The notes under the pieces: model-generated
Databases searched by the model: none
Told to the model about the DNA's origin: nothing
The model's input: only the letters and a program-made list of their open reading frames with translations
From: the human T2T-CHM13v2.0 reference genome, Homo sapiens
Reading direction: 5' to 3' (one strand)
Length of the DNA stretch: 64,000 bases
Assembly: GCF_009914755.1 (NCBI RefSeq)
Contig: NC_060936.1
Translations under genes and position numbers: made by a program
Shown here: in pieces, positions 13,453-32,564 of the stretch
Position numbering within the stretch: position 1 is the stretch's first letter
Layout of the letters: each line of letters starts with the position of its first letter

Positions 13453-16018
13453 CCATCTGATCTTGGGAAACCCAGGAGTCCACAGATCCACTTTGGGAAC
13501 CACTAACCTAGGAGTTGGGTGGCAAAAATGTGGACGGACAGGTTGCAGCCAGTCTGCCCCTAAGACCAGAGAGATACTTTCTTTTGGAAGTATTTATGCC
13601 TTAATTTTCAGGAAAGTTACAAGAAGAAGAAAGAAAAGTAAACTACAATGTAGCCTTGAGGGAGCAAAATATCTGCAGAACTGAAGAAAGGAAACAAGCG
13701 TGTAGATGTCTGACCACCTTCTGGGATCCATGGTCAGGATTCTAGAACGGTTAGGCTTCTGTGCACCCACCCCCTTTCAGGGTGAAGGCAGGCACCAGGC
13801 AAGAATGTCACCTTACGTGCCCCGATTTCACATCTTGGCTATCATGCCGATGGCTTACTAATTAATTAAACAGAGGGCTTGATATTTATGTACGAGAATG
13901 AGAACGTGCACTGACTCATGATTTTAACAAATCAAAGAGGATGACTTTGGGATCCCATCATCACGCTATGCAGGGAGAAGGATTCCTTTCATTAGTGTCT
14001 CTAGCTTTCAACTCTTGATTATTCAACATTAGTCACTTGACAGAATCGGTAAAAGAACAGAGGAGTGAAAACACAAAATGTGTTCATGAGGCCTGGCCGG
14101 TGCACACAGAGCACACAGCACGCCTCTTGCCTGGTGGTCCTCTTCAGAGTGATGCTTATACCACATCACACACCGTGTGCTATAAGGTGTGCAGACTCAA
14201 ATTATCTCCCTTGAGATGGAGTCTTAAATATCAAGTTCAGGCTGAAATGTCTCTTTTCCAGCAATAAGTACGGAAGTATCTTAAAAGCATGTTTCTGTTT
14301 AAATTTGATAGGATGGGTGAAGTGAAAGTGGAGAAGAGGCAAGCATTAGAAACGGCAACAAAGGCCTCCCAGCTGCACCGCCAAGACCCTTCAGTCGAGA
14401 GCTTTAATTTAACTGTGCTCCATCTCATTTGGCCCAGGGATGGAGGCCAAACAAGGTAACTGCTCCCTTTCACAGGCTAGGAGATGACTGCCTCTTACAA
14501 TTAAACAATCATAGCACATTTGACTATTCCCTTTTATTGACAAAACAGCCTGCTGTGAAACTCACAAATCTCCTAGGCGATCATTATAGATCCAGCTGAT
14601 TTCATTTGACTGATGCTTGTGCAGGGTCTCCACTCAGGTCTCAAACAATGAGAAAGTTGGAAAGTATGGCATTTTGGGACCATTTTCGCTTTTTCTTGGA
14701 AAAGACGTTTTTCAGAACAAATTCAACTAACCCATTCAGGCAACAAACACATGCTGTCCATAACCAGGTTTATGGAACATAATCAAGAGAAGGGGGAAGG
14801 AAAAGCCCACAGCCTTGAAACTGAATGGAAGCAAATGAAAATGGAGTTTGGATTTCCGTATGATGGGTTTGCAAACAGCTGTTGGAGGAAGGCACTTCTG
14901 CCATCATTTGAAGAAGCCCTGTTTTTTCCACAGCATCTTCATCTGCAAGAGCAACAGAGCCCTAGTTTCTAAACCAAGGGAGGTTTGTTTCCTTATTTTT
15001 TTTTTTAAGAAGATGCTTTGAGGCAGTGATCTCATCTAACTAAATTAAGTCGTGACTTGCTGCTGTGCTCAGCTTCCAGCAGCCATCAGACACAGCACAT
15101 TCCAACCAGCAGCAAGAAAGGATTTAAAGGACTAATTTCCCCATAGATAAAGAGCAGTGACACGTGCTCTATTTTATGCCCTCTTCCTTCCAAACAGGGC
15201 CAGGATAAGATACACAGTCACCCCTCCTTCCCAATTCCAACAGAGCAGCAAGATAAATGTGTCCTTCTCGGCTGCTCTGAAATAAACGGATTTGAGGAAT
15301 TACAGACCAATCCCCTGGGGAGAAAAAGCTAAAAACACAGCATTGGGCCCATAGCAAGGGCTTATTAAATATGGATTAAATTGCTGATGTCTCTTTTTCT
15401 TTCAGAGGTTGGGTATAGGTACAGGAGGAAAATATTAATATACATTGCGTTAAATATAATAGTGGTTGAAATTTAGGTGCCTCCCTTTAAAAGCTAAGAA
15501 ATGTTATCTGTCTCTCTCCACCCACCCAACTCCCAACTCCAGCAAGTCTATAAGCCTTCTTGGCATGAACTCTTATATATCAACTTCATTCCTAGCTCCA
15601 TTTTTTCTTCTACAGACTTATTTTCTCTTTGCCTTTTGTTTCTTATTTTGTTCTGTTTTACTGTGTTGCATCTTTCCAAGTGGTTTTCAGTCCACTGTGA
15701 AACAAGACAGTATACACAAAGACATACTGTGGTTATTTTTTGCCAAAGCAAATTTTGGGGGCATGATGTGGCATCATTTAATGAGTGTTCTCATAGAGAC
15801 TATGGAACCTAAATGTGCAGTCAATATCTGAACTTGGTGTAAGTCCTAGAAAATCTAGGATGCACAAACATACTGGAAGCCACTAAACCTTGGACTGGTC
15901 CTATACAGACCCGGGCACTGTCAGATCACATTCCCAGTTTGGTTCAGATACTGGGATCCCCAAACCCAACAATGGGCAATAACTTCTAAGAATGAAACTA
16001 CGTTAAATATATATAGAT

Positions 16019-16020
<2 letters not shown>

Positions 16021-16064
<44 letters not shown>
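16021..16064 (+). repeat. (AGAT)11 tetranucleotide STR
   Basis: Read directly. Confidence 0.97.
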
Positions 16065-16067
<3 letters not shown>

Positions 16068-17321
16068 GATATAGAGATGTACACGTGCATTACATCGAGG
16101 TAAAGTGTAAGCAATGAATGTACATGGCCATTCATTCCACGGAAGTAACCCCAATCAAAGAGAGGTTTAGAGATGTTCACTGACGGAAATGGGGACAGCA
16201 TCTAAGTTGAGTCAGAATGAATAAGGTACCTATTTAGGTGGCTTATTAAAAAAACACTAAACCCAATCAGCTGTATTGTGACTGGCCCACAGGAGAGGGC
16301 ACCCTGACCAGCAGGCAGGTGTGTGCCTGTCTGCTTGGCGGGTACAGTATGATACTATGAGAAATGTATGAGCTTGGCTGACACCAGCCATTAAAATTCA
16401 TTTGGCCTTCTATGCTCACAGTCTAGGTCCTCCGGGGATCCTTCCAAGATTAACGGGATTTTCTAAGTATACTTCCCTGAATGGGAAAAAGAAAATGTGA
16501 AGATTGGCCACCCAGAGTACCCTAGTCAACTTGGCAGTTGCATTTCCCCCTTCAAGTTAAGTTGGCATTTCACATATCAGATTTTTGTGAGTTTTGTTAT
16601 TCTGGGTCAGTCTCTGTGGGAATGATCAAATGTGGGGAAAATGGCCCCACAAAAAATCCATTTCAGACTTCTAAAAAGAACTAAGGTTTCAATCCAGTAA
16701 CACCCCCGCTCCAAGTTCTACCTCCTGAGAATACTCTCCAGCTAAGTAAACTAGTCTCTCAGAAAGAACAAGGAAGCCAGGTCCCTTTTAGAGAAAGAAT
16801 CTTTCATTCAGTAGAATTTTTCCCATCCAGTTCATACCAGATGCATACAAAAGACAGGAAGCAGAATCTACAGCTTGAAAAAAAAAAAAAGAAGTAACAT
16901 GAGTAAGGTTAACTAAAACAAAAAGTAAAAATATGGTAGAAAAACTACTATAAGATTATTATTATTATTTTAAATGATTATTGAAAACTAAAGTAGAAGG
17001 CCAAGGTAAACAAACTTTTAAACAAACTGAAACCAAACTTTAAAATATAATGATGATTTTTTCAAAAGAAGGAAAATATATAAGTAAAGGAGGAACTATT
17101 CAAGATACTAAGAAAAGTTTGAATATAACCAACCAAGCTCATCTACTAGTTCCAGTGAAGCAGCAGCCTATGTAAGCCAATTTCCTGGCCACTGAATATC
17201 TTTGTGGATCATGTTTTCCCTCCTGGAATTTCTAAGGGTGAGCCAGTATACTCAGTGCCAGTTCCACACTCATCCTAGCTGAGGCCTTTAGCAACCTGAA
17301 GATGTTGCTCCCCAGACCTAC

Positions 17322-17519
17322 CGTGAGTGCCTGGATCTCCTCTTCGGCTTCTGCCGTGGTCTCTTCCAGCTCTGTCTTCGCCTGGCGAAGCTGGCTCTCC
17401 AGGGCCGCCCGTGCAGCCTGCAGGGCTGTCAACTGTGACTCGCGCTCCTGCAGGGAGAGCTGTAGCTCTGTGAGCTGGCGCTTGAGCTCCAGTTTCTGCT
17501 CCTCGTGCTCTAGACTGAC
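17322..17519 (-). CDS. CIT: CIT exon (probably 23), [15 protein letters not shown]...AEEEIQALT, 198 nt
   Basis: (CT)n pyrimidine tract plus CAG acceptor, GTAGGT donor; overlaps ORF 17232..17591. Confidence 0.97.
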
Positions 17520-18059
17520 CTGAGACAGAGAGAGAGAGAGAAAGAGAGATAAACCCTTGCTTGGTCTGAACAAAAGAGAAAGTGAAGACATGACCTGCTA
17601 CTCAACCTGCAGCTGAAACCTGGTCTTGGAACCACCTTCTCGGCACTCGATAGAGGAGAGGAAAATGCAACAAAATGGGCCTGAGTTCCATGCATCTCTG
17701 AATTCAACAGGAGTAAGAACAGGTAAGGGCTATATCTCCTAACCACCCCTTACTTACATATATTCAAATGCCTGGGAAGACTTTAAAAGGAAAAGCCACA
17801 CAGCAAGAATCACTAATGAAAATGATGATGATTACTCTTATTAGAAAAACATTTAAAGCTAAGCAGATATAAATAACAACATATTAGTAACAAGGACATC
17901 TTTTCAATTCGATTGTAAATGAAACAACAGACTGAATTCTATTTATTTTAAACACGCTTTCTCTGATGTGTCCTCATTAGGTAATCTGCTTTAATGTCAC
18001 ATTAGAAGTTAATCATTCTTCCCTCCATCTGCTCATCCATCCACCTATCTATTCAATCT

Positions 18060-19310
<1,251 letters not shown>

Positions 19311-20348
19311 ATTATCTCTCTCTAGTGATGATGGTGATGACAACGATGTCACAGCAGCAAATACGGTCCTCACAACACACTGGGCCCTGAATTAACTCAT
19401 TTCATTTTCAGAACAACTCACTAAGGGAGGTACTACTATTACCTCCATTTTACAGATAAGCAAACTGTGGCACTGAGAGATTAGGTAACTGAGCAAATGT
19501 CACACAGCTATAAAAATCTTTTTAAAAGGCAGGACTGGCATTCAAACCCAGAAAGTCTGGCTCAAGAGTCCATGTAACATGTTGCTGTATTCCTGCAACA
19601 TCCCTACGTGTCCTGACCATTGCACTTGACCATGTACAGGGTAAACACTGTACCCTTCTGTCTTACTAAAACACCAGCAGTCACAGCAGAGTGGACCTCT
19701 ACTAGCAAGCCTGAAAATGCTTCCGATGCCATTTGGCAAAACCAAGAGAGGCAGGTGACAGTGACTCAAGGGGAGGAGCGGGAGCTGGATGCTATACAAT
19801 GAAGGAAGAACCCGGGAGCCTGCATCTTTGTGACTCCACACACCTGGCTAGAGAAGAGCTAACGCTGCACACACAAAGTTGGGGGAAGGCCCAGGTCCTT
19901 TAAGGCGGATCAAACTCCAGGTGGAGGCCTCTGCCCTCAATCTCAGTAGCAGCATGTGGCCAAAAGAAGAGGGACTGATCTGGTTATATTTAGAGCTAAA
20001 CTGCAAAACTCCCAGGGAGAATATAGAGCCTGAACCTCTCGTGAAACGTTTGAAGTTTCTCTTACCATCCTTGAGGGGCTGGCTCTACTGATTCAAGTGA
20101 AAAACAACAGCTTCCCTGGGACACTTTAATAGCCCAGATGAGCTACAGCAGCAGGGCAGGCTCCTAAGAGGAACATTTGTGCAAAGGGAAGGCAAGAGAC
20201 AGCCAGTCAAGGCCCCCAAGCTAGAGAAGTCCATCTGGATTGTTTAGACTCAAACTTAAGGGCGAGTCTCCCGTGATCTTGCTGTTAAACTTACAGAAGA
20301 GTGAAAGTATAGCCTGGATGATAAAAGTTAAACCATCGCCTAAGGCTT

Positions 20349-20541
20349 AAGGCTCATGCCTGTAATCCTAGCACTTTGGAGGCCACGGAGGGAGGACTGC
20401 TTAAAGCCAGACGTCCTCCTTCTGAGAAATCCTGACCTAAGAAATAATAAAAGAAAAATAAATAAATAAATAAAGCCAGGAGCTCAAGACCAGCCTGGGC
20501 AACATAGCAAGACCCCATTGCTAGAAAAAATGAAAATAAAA
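20349..20541 (+). mobile_element. FLAM/Alu monomer split by a 60-bp insertion
   Basis: Alu left-arm sequence interrupted at TAAAGCCAG, which is duplicated. Confidence 0.8.
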
Positions 20542-21470
20542 CCAGACACTCCAGGTGAACCTAATGGAGGAGTTCACACCTTGACAACCCCTAAAAAACA
20601 TGAGATAACACATTGTTACTGTCCCTTGGAGAACTGACTTCATTTTAATACTCCAAGACAAATAAAGACATGCATAAACATGAGTACTACCCAAGGCTTA
20701 GACCTCAGACCGCTGTCTGCTTAACAGGACCTTCCTTAAGAAAGATCATCTGCTTTTTGAAGAATTCCATCACAAATATTTGAGCAACTATTTTACATGA
20801 GACATTGTATCTTCCCTCCCAGCCTGGGTGTTCAGCTTCCAACAACCACTATCCTGAACTCCAGTTGTGTCTCTGCTGGTGCCAGCGAACCCTGCTGCTA
20901 GGCTAAAAGCCCTCGTGTCAGGAACAGGTCTGTCTTGTCGCCACTGTAGACCCAGGCTACAAATTGGCACACAGCAGACATCTGACAAATATACAGTGAC
21001 TACATAAATGTAACCTTATGGCTTCAATCAACCTCAACATGTCTACAACCCAATTTGCTGTATTTTCCTCCCCAAAACCTGGCCACTCTTCCCAGCCTCC
21101 TTATGTTTTTGAAGAGAGCTACCTTTCATCAATCACACCTAAATTTGGTTTTGTCTTTTAATCTCCCACCGTCATTATGAGACAGACCTCTGCCACCAGC
21201 ACTGGGCCACCATGGCTAAGCTCTGACTAGGTCACGGGGCTGTCATTACATCTTGATAAAGGAGGAATTGCTCTGCTCCCATTTGACAGATGCACAAATT
21301 GACACGCTCCCCACAGGACCCTATAAAGGAGATACATTATCACTGACATTTTACAGATGAAGAAACTGAAGCCCAGCAGAGAGATGAGGCAGCTTGCAAA
21401 ACTAGTAAGAGGTCATAAAACCAGTAAGGAGTGGAGGTGGAATTCTAACCCAGATCCCCATGGCCCAGTC

Positions 21471-22516
<1,046 letters not shown>

Positions 22517-22591
22517 AGTCTGCCCCCTTAACCACCAAGCACAATGTCTCTTGTATAGATATTGATTTGTGCTCGAAAGCTGACTTGTTCA

Positions 22592-22849
<258 letters not shown>

Positions 22850-23860
22850 TCACAGTCTCATTAGGGTTGAGCCCGTTTCCACGGGAGGTAGACGGACACG
22901 GAGTTAGACATGTCTCCTCACTAAGTGGACTAGGGCCATTCCTGGGTTAGCTGTCTCCTGATCTGGCCTCATAAGCATGATCCCGGCATGACGAACGTGG
23001 GGACCATTTACTCATCACCACTCAGTGTCAGTCCCTCACATATGGGATTAAGTAAGGTCCAGGAGGATGCAAGAGATACTAACATTTCACTCCTTTGACA
23101 GGCCTGTTTATTTCTTCTGTGAGTCTGTGTAGGGACAGAAGGGGGCCTCCTTAGATTACTGTACAAGGGCACCCCAGTAACTCATGAAGGCAGGCCCTGG
23201 AGAAAAAGGACTAAGGAGAAAGAATGGTATTCCTTCTAGTTCTCTGCAGATCTCCCTCACCTCTCCAGCAAACTGCTTAGAAGTATCAAAACCTAGAACG
23301 ACTCAAAGACCCAAAACACAGCCTACTAAGCTGGTTTAGATTAAGATGGGACTGTTTTGGGAGATCTCTGAAGAGAGAAACCTAAGGGGGAAAAAAATCC
23401 TGGAGATTCTAATTCTCTGGGGGAAAAGATTCAGCTCAAAGTGCTCCTGGAACACAGCCCTTGCTGAACCCCAAACTTCCTTCCATAGGGTCTAACCTAG
23501 TGACAACTAAATGGATGGCCCAACTGGGCACACACAATTTCACCTCTTACTAATTACAGGATGCAAGTCTAGGGAACAAGAACTGCAGCTTTCCACAAGC
23601 AAATTATAAATAGCCTCATTAGAGAGAGCAAAACACTCTGTAATGTGATGGTAATTGAAGGCATTTAAGAAAACCCGACTGAAAAGTGGCAGAGTGAGAC
23701 CACTTAAGACAGGGCAAGATGACGTAAGTATCTGAGGGCTGGGCTGAGCTACAGAAGTCATTCATCCACTCCAGCTCCATCAAACAGAAGAAGGGAGTTT
23801 ATGCCACAGGAGAGGAGACCAAAGTGTAATAATGTAGGGCAGTTAGAATTTGAATACTTA

Positions 23861-24094
<234 letters not shown>

Positions 24095-24403
24095 CTAGTC
24101 TGTACTCTGAGGATCACAGATGGTACCACTCAAATGGATGGTACTTGGTTGTTTTTTCAGTGATGAAATCTCCCCACACTGGCTAAGTGGCTTGCATTTA
24201 AAACAGACATAAGGACCTATTCAAGAACCTAACATCCTGGGAGTAATCAGGCCTTGTTAAACCCCATCTCATCTACATGTGACCTGGGCCTGCAAGTCTC
24301 TTAACTCAAATCTGCACATTCGCATTTATCACCACCTCCTCGAGGGTTGTCATTTTCTGAGTGATTCCTTCTCACCCAGCCACCATTGCTCTAGACTCCA
24401 CAG

Positions 24404-25068
<665 letters not shown>

Positions 25069-25175
25069 CTCTACAGCAAAGTTTCCCCAACTTAAAAAAT
25101 CATAAGAATTGGGGTGTGGGGGTACTAACTAAAAATTTAATTTCCCAGGATCTCCCCTCAGAGATCCTGATGTGG

Positions 25176-25475
25176 GGTCGGGTGCGGTGGCTCGTACCTG
25201 TAATCCCAGCACTTTGGGAGGCCGAGGTGGGCAGATCACTTGAGGTCAAGAGTTTGAGACTGGCCTGGCCAACATAGTGAAACCCTGTCTCTACTAAAAA
25301 TACAAAAATTAGCCGGGCACGGTGGCACATGCCTTTAATCCCAGCTACTCGGGAGGCTGAGGCAGGAAAATTACTTGAACCTGGGAGGCGGAGGTTGCAG
25401 TGAGCTGAAATCATGCCACTAAACTCCAGCCTGGGTGACAGAGTGAGATTCCATCTCAAAAAAAAAAAAAAAAAA
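25176..25475 (+). mobile_element. AluS inside a MER5-like relic
   Basis: TSD AGAGATCCTGAT/AGAGATTCTGAT. Confidence 0.92.
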
Positions 25476-25621
25476 GAGAGAGATTCTGATATGGTAAGTC
25501 TTGGTGGAGTGCAGATAAATAAGCACCACAGGTAAACCTTAGGGGCAACAAGTTTCTGAAACAACTGCCTATGTGGATTAGAAAAGAGACAAACAGGCAA
25601 GTAAAAAGAAGAGAAGTGTAG

Positions 25622-25911
25622 GGCCAGGAGTGGTGGCCTGTAATCCCAGCACTTTGAGAGACCAAGATGGGAGGATTGCTTGAGGCCAGAAGTTTGAGAC
25701 CAGCCTGGGCAACATAGCAAGATCTCGTCTCTACAGAAAACTTAAAAATTAGGTAAGCATGGGGGCATGCACCTGTAGTCTCAGTTACTTGGGAGGCTGA
25801 GGTGGAAGGATCACTTGAGCCCAGGAGTTGGAGGCTGCAGTGAGCCATGATTGCACCACCACATTGCAGCCTGGGCTTCAGAGCAAAACCCCACCTCAAA
25901 AAAAAAAAAAA
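25622..25911 (+). mobile_element. AluJ
   Basis: Alu consensus. Confidence 0.9.
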
Positions 25912-26209
25912 GAGCAGGAAGACCAAGAGCCACTGGACATTTTGTCAGGGGCATTTAGAAGGACAGTATTTTAGCAGACAGCAGAACAGCATGAGTTCTT
26001 GAAAAACACAAAACTGGCCATCCAGAGCCACCACCTCAGTTGCTTTTAGGAAAGGAAACAGTTTCAGAGAAAGCCTCCTATTACCAACAACTCCACAGGA
26101 TTCAACAGAAGGAATTTCACCAGGTGAAATAGAGTCTTATCAGGGGTGATTCTTGGCATATTTCAAAAACCCTCCTTTGAACACTGGCTTGGCAACTCCT
26201 TCTACCTAC

Positions 26210-26326
26210 CGCCTTCTGTTCGCTGAGAATTTTGCCCTTCTCATGGGCCTCCTCCTCGTGTCTCTGCATCATGTTCTCCAGTGTCTCCTTGTCAGCCAGG
26301 TCTTTCTTTATCTGATTGTCCAACAC
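26210..26326 (-). CDS. CIT: CIT exon (probably 20), [39 protein letters not shown], 117 nt
   Basis: TTTTTGTAG acceptor, GTAGGT donor; overlaps ORF 26117..26326. Confidence 0.97.
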
Positions 26327-28025
26327 CTACAAAAACAAAAGCAGCAGCAAATGTTCTCAGGAGCCAAGCTGAGGAGGGAAGACTAAACGGGGACACTTGA
26401 GAAAATCTAGGAAAGAGGAGAAAAGCAGGGGAGAGGCCCGAGGTCTCCAAATTCTGGGGCAAAGAGAAGGCAAAAACTGGGAGTCCGCTTATCAATCAGG
26501 ATAAGATTGAAAAGTCAAATATTACCATCCAATGGCAAGTAACAGGTTGACTTGAACCAAGAACTTATTTTAAAATCAGCAGCCCAAAGACCAGAGAGAT
26601 ATATTCAAAATGAGGCAGACTCCAGAATGAGAAGGGAGGAGGAAACAAGATTGCTCTAGATCCAGACCTAGAGAATAAATTTCTTATAATCTGCAGATAT
26701 TACCTGGGGACAACTTTTTCTTCGCCAGTGCACCCGTAGTTTTCAGAATATTCCTCACTCCTAATTTATACAGATTAATTCTAGATACTCCTGGGCTGTG
26801 TGCAAGAGGGAGAGAAGCCGAAGACAGGGGAAGTCTATGTGACCAAGGATGATGCTCAGAAACAACCAGGGACAAGAGGCTTTTGGCCACCAATAACGTA
26901 GGTGGATGGTCAACAGATTAAAAAGACAACATAAAAGAAAGAAAAAAATGCCTCTTTCCCTGGTTCTTTCCTCTGATCCAACTAGGGGGAGAAAAAAAAG
27001 TCACTGGGAAAAGAAACCTTTCCCAGGGGAAGAGAGATCATGTGTTCTCAGTGCTCAGAATGCCACTGTAAGCACCTACTGTTCCCAAGAGGAAACATAA
27101 AACAGTAATGGTATCACCAATCGCCAACTTGATCTAATGTTCTTTGGGGCACACACAGCCCTACGAGTTGCCAAAACAACAAGCAAAAAGGAAGGAAAAA
27201 AGAAGACGACATCAGAACATGCCCGAGCCTTTGACCACAACCCTACGTTCCTCACCACAGAGGCTCCATTCGACTTTTCCAAAGAACACCAACAACATCA
27301 AGGAGGACAACAGGATCCTGGGAATAAAGCTGAAAGAGCTGGGGTCACAGAGAGGGCTAAAATCTGCCTTTCCAACAATGTCTATTGTGAAAGGACTGTC
27401 ACAGCTCATGGGGACGACGTCCCTAAAAAGAGCCAGTCAGCGGGGAGGGAGTCCACAGGAGAAAGAAAGGAAAGAACAGATTTCAAAGAGGTCTTTAAAC
27501 TAGAACTGACTGATGAAAAAAAATAGAATGGAAGTTGGAAGAGAAGACCAAAAGGTGGGAACAGGGTCATGAGAGAAAAGAAGAAGCTCAAAAGGATGAG
27601 AAATGGCCCACTCTCTTGGATGTCTGAGCATGATTCTAAAATTATGAGCAAGAACAGGGTAGAATCGAGGGTATGATCATAATTATTACTAAAATGGCCT
27701 GACAGAGGCTGGAACAGGAAACACAAAGCAGAACAGGCTAAAAAGAAATGGTTTCATAAAGATTCCAGTAGGGAAGAAAGACAGATCTTTCCCTGACATT
27801 CCTTGGGATCTATAAAACAAATTTCTTTCCATCTAGAAGTTAGCAGAGACCACATAATATCTAGACCACATATGCCCTTTATATTTTATGAGGTGCTAAA
27901 GCAATGAAATACATTTTCAGGATGCCTCTGCTCAAAATAAGACCTCAACTTTGGTCAAGAAGGATACCAATAAGAGGTAAGTATGAGCTAGAAGGGATAA
28001 GCCTCTATCAAGAACGTATGCACTA

Positions 28026-28340
28026 GGCCAGGCATGGTGGCTCATGCCTCTAACCCCAGCACTTTGGGAGGCTGACACGGGTGGAGATCGCTTGGGGACA
28101 GAAGTTTGAGACCAGCCTGGGCAACATAGCAAGACCCCATTTCCACAAAAAGTATAAAAAATAGTAATTAGCTGGGCATGGTGTTGTACACCTGTAATCC
28201 CAGCTACTCAGGAGGATAAGATGGGAGGATTGCTTGAGCCCAGGAGTTCGAAGCCTCATTGAGCTATGATCACACTACCACATTCTACCCTGGGTGATGG
28301 AGCAAGAACCTGTCTCAAAACAATAAACAGATAAATAAAA
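28026..28340 (+). mobile_element. AluJ
   Basis: Alu consensus with degenerate TSD AAGAAC. Confidence 0.9.
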
Positions 28341-28668
28341 GAACATACGGATCTCTCTTAGCTTTCATAGGGTTCAACTGGCAGAAAGATAAACAAGATG
28401 TATGGGGAAGAAGGGGAGCAAAATGTTTATTTGAAATAAGAGATTCCACTAAAGACATCTAAATCAATTTAAGATAGAATATGGCTTTTGGTAGGAACAT
28501 CAATATATCACCAAATCATAGAATATGTTTCACAAAAGGTTACTTTCATCATGCAAAGGTGCCAGGGGACTACTGTGTACATTCTCATAATTTTCTAACA
28601 ATTGAAGTACCAGGGGTCACAGGAGAACACTTTGAGGTCATTTCTGGGTTGTTTTCCCATATGTCTTT

Positions 28669-28911
28669 CCATGGCTCACTGCAGCCTCAACCTCCTGATC
28701 ACAAGCGATCCTCCCACCTCAGGCTCCCAAGCAGCTGGGACTACAGATGTGTGCCACCTGCCTGGCTAATTTTTGTATTTTTTGTAGACAAGATGAGAAG
28801 GGCGTCTCACTTTGTTACACAGACTGGTCTCGAATCCCTGGACTCAAGCGATCTGCCCACCTTAGCCCCACAAAGTGCTGAAATTACAGATGTGAACCAC
28901 TGTGCCTGGCC
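28669..28911 (-). mobile_element. AluJ lacking its 3' end
   Basis: Alu consensus. Confidence 0.88.
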
Positions 28912-29244
28912 TCCTATATTTCTTTTACTGAAAAACAACCAAAAATAACGCCAGCGGTAAAAGATGCCAGGGTGGTGATGGTGATGATGCTGTGTGAGCA
29001 TGTACGTGTTAGATTCTCCAAGAAAGGACCACTCAATTCTTTGAGAATACCAACCAAATCAATAACAAGATCATCACAAAAATTGAAATCCCCCTTCAAT
29101 GTCTGGTTGGAAAAGGGAAGCGACAATATTCAAGATATAATAAACAGCATCTGATTCTCAAGAACATAAGAATGAATTAAAGGCTTGATCCAAATCATCA
29201 TGAAAATGGGATGTGATTTTAAAGGAAATTGATAGAGCGGCAGC

Positions 29245-31240
<1,996 letters not shown>

Positions 31241-31244
31241 CGAG

Positions 31245-32165
31245 CTGTCACATGATCCAGCAATCCCACTGCTGGAAAGGAAAGAAAAGGAAATCAGTAC
31301 ATCAAAGAGATATCTGCACTCCCATGTTTGCTGCAGTACTATTTACAATAGCTAAGATTTGGAAATGACCCAAGTGTCCATCAGCGGATGAATGGATAAA
31401 GAAAATGTGGTATACGGACACATGGCAGGGAACAACACAAACCCTGTCAGCGGGGGTGGGGTGGGGAGAGCATCAGGAAGACAGCAAGAATAGCTAATGC
31501 ATGCTGGGCTTAAGACCTAGGTGATTGGTTGATCTGTGCAGCCAATCACCATGGCACACGTCGTTTACCTATGTAACAAACCTGCACATCCTGCACATGT
31601 ACCCCAGAACTTAAAAGTTGAAGGGAAAAAAAAAGAAAGAAAATGTGGTACAGATACAACAATGGAGTACTATTCAACCATAAAATGGAATGGGATCCAG
31701 TCATTTGCAACAACATGGATGGAATTGGAGATCATCATATTAACTGAAATCAGCCAGGCACAGAAGGACAAACATCACATATTCTCACTTATTTGTGGGA
31801 TCTAAAAATCAACTTAATTAAACTCATGGACATAGAGTATAGAAGGATGGTTAACAGAGGTTGGGAAGCGTAGAAGGGGTTGTAGGGAAGGTAGGGATGG
31901 TTAATGGCTGCAAAAAAATAGAATGAACAAGACCTAGTATTTGAGAGTACAGTAGGATGACTACAGTCAATAGTAACTTAATTGTGTATTTTAAAATAAC
32001 TTAAAGAATGTAATTAGATTATTTGTAACTCAAAGGATAAATGTTTGAGGGGATGGACACCCCATTCTCTATGATGTGCTTATTTCATATTGCATGTCTG
32101 TATCAAAACATCTCATGTACCCCATAAATATATACACCTACTATGTACCCACAAAAATTAAAAAA
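31245..32165 (+). mobile_element. L1MA 3' end with a nested L1PA-type 3' end (about 31414-31636)
   Basis: GATCCAGCAATCCCACTGCTGG and AACAAACCTGCACATCCTGCACATGTACCCC motifs; duplicated AAGAAAATGTGGTA. Confidence 0.88.
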
Positions 32166-32420
32166 GAAAAAGGATTATAGAAATGATCATGGATTAAATG
32201 ACAATGAGTTTAAAAAATCAGTTTAAAGATGAAATTGAGATAAATGATGACCACATTTAAAAAAAAAAAAAGGTTTTTTTTTTGGAACTTCAGATTTCCA
32301 ATCCTTCACATAAGTAACACCCTGAAATCTCTCACCATGGAATAAGGACATTATTCACCCCAAACAGTACTTTGGTCCAGCAAGAAATGGCCACAAGGGC
32401 CCAGGAAGAGATGGGAGCTA

Positions 32421-32564
<144 letters not shown>

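Noticed and set aside
17232-17321. In-frame read-through after the 198-nt exon ([11 protein letters not shown]...)
   Set aside because: The donor is good (GTAGGT) and I saw no nearby AATAAA; short read-throughs are expected by chance
25100-25926. Longest ORFs in the track (206 aa and 156 aa) and similar [22 protein letters not shown] ORFs elsewhere
   Set aside because: They are translations of Alu sequence, not genes
27137-27526. Two overlapping plus-strand ORFs of 119-129 aa
   Set aside because: A-rich, low-complexity sequence with no recognisable domain or retrocopy hallmarks
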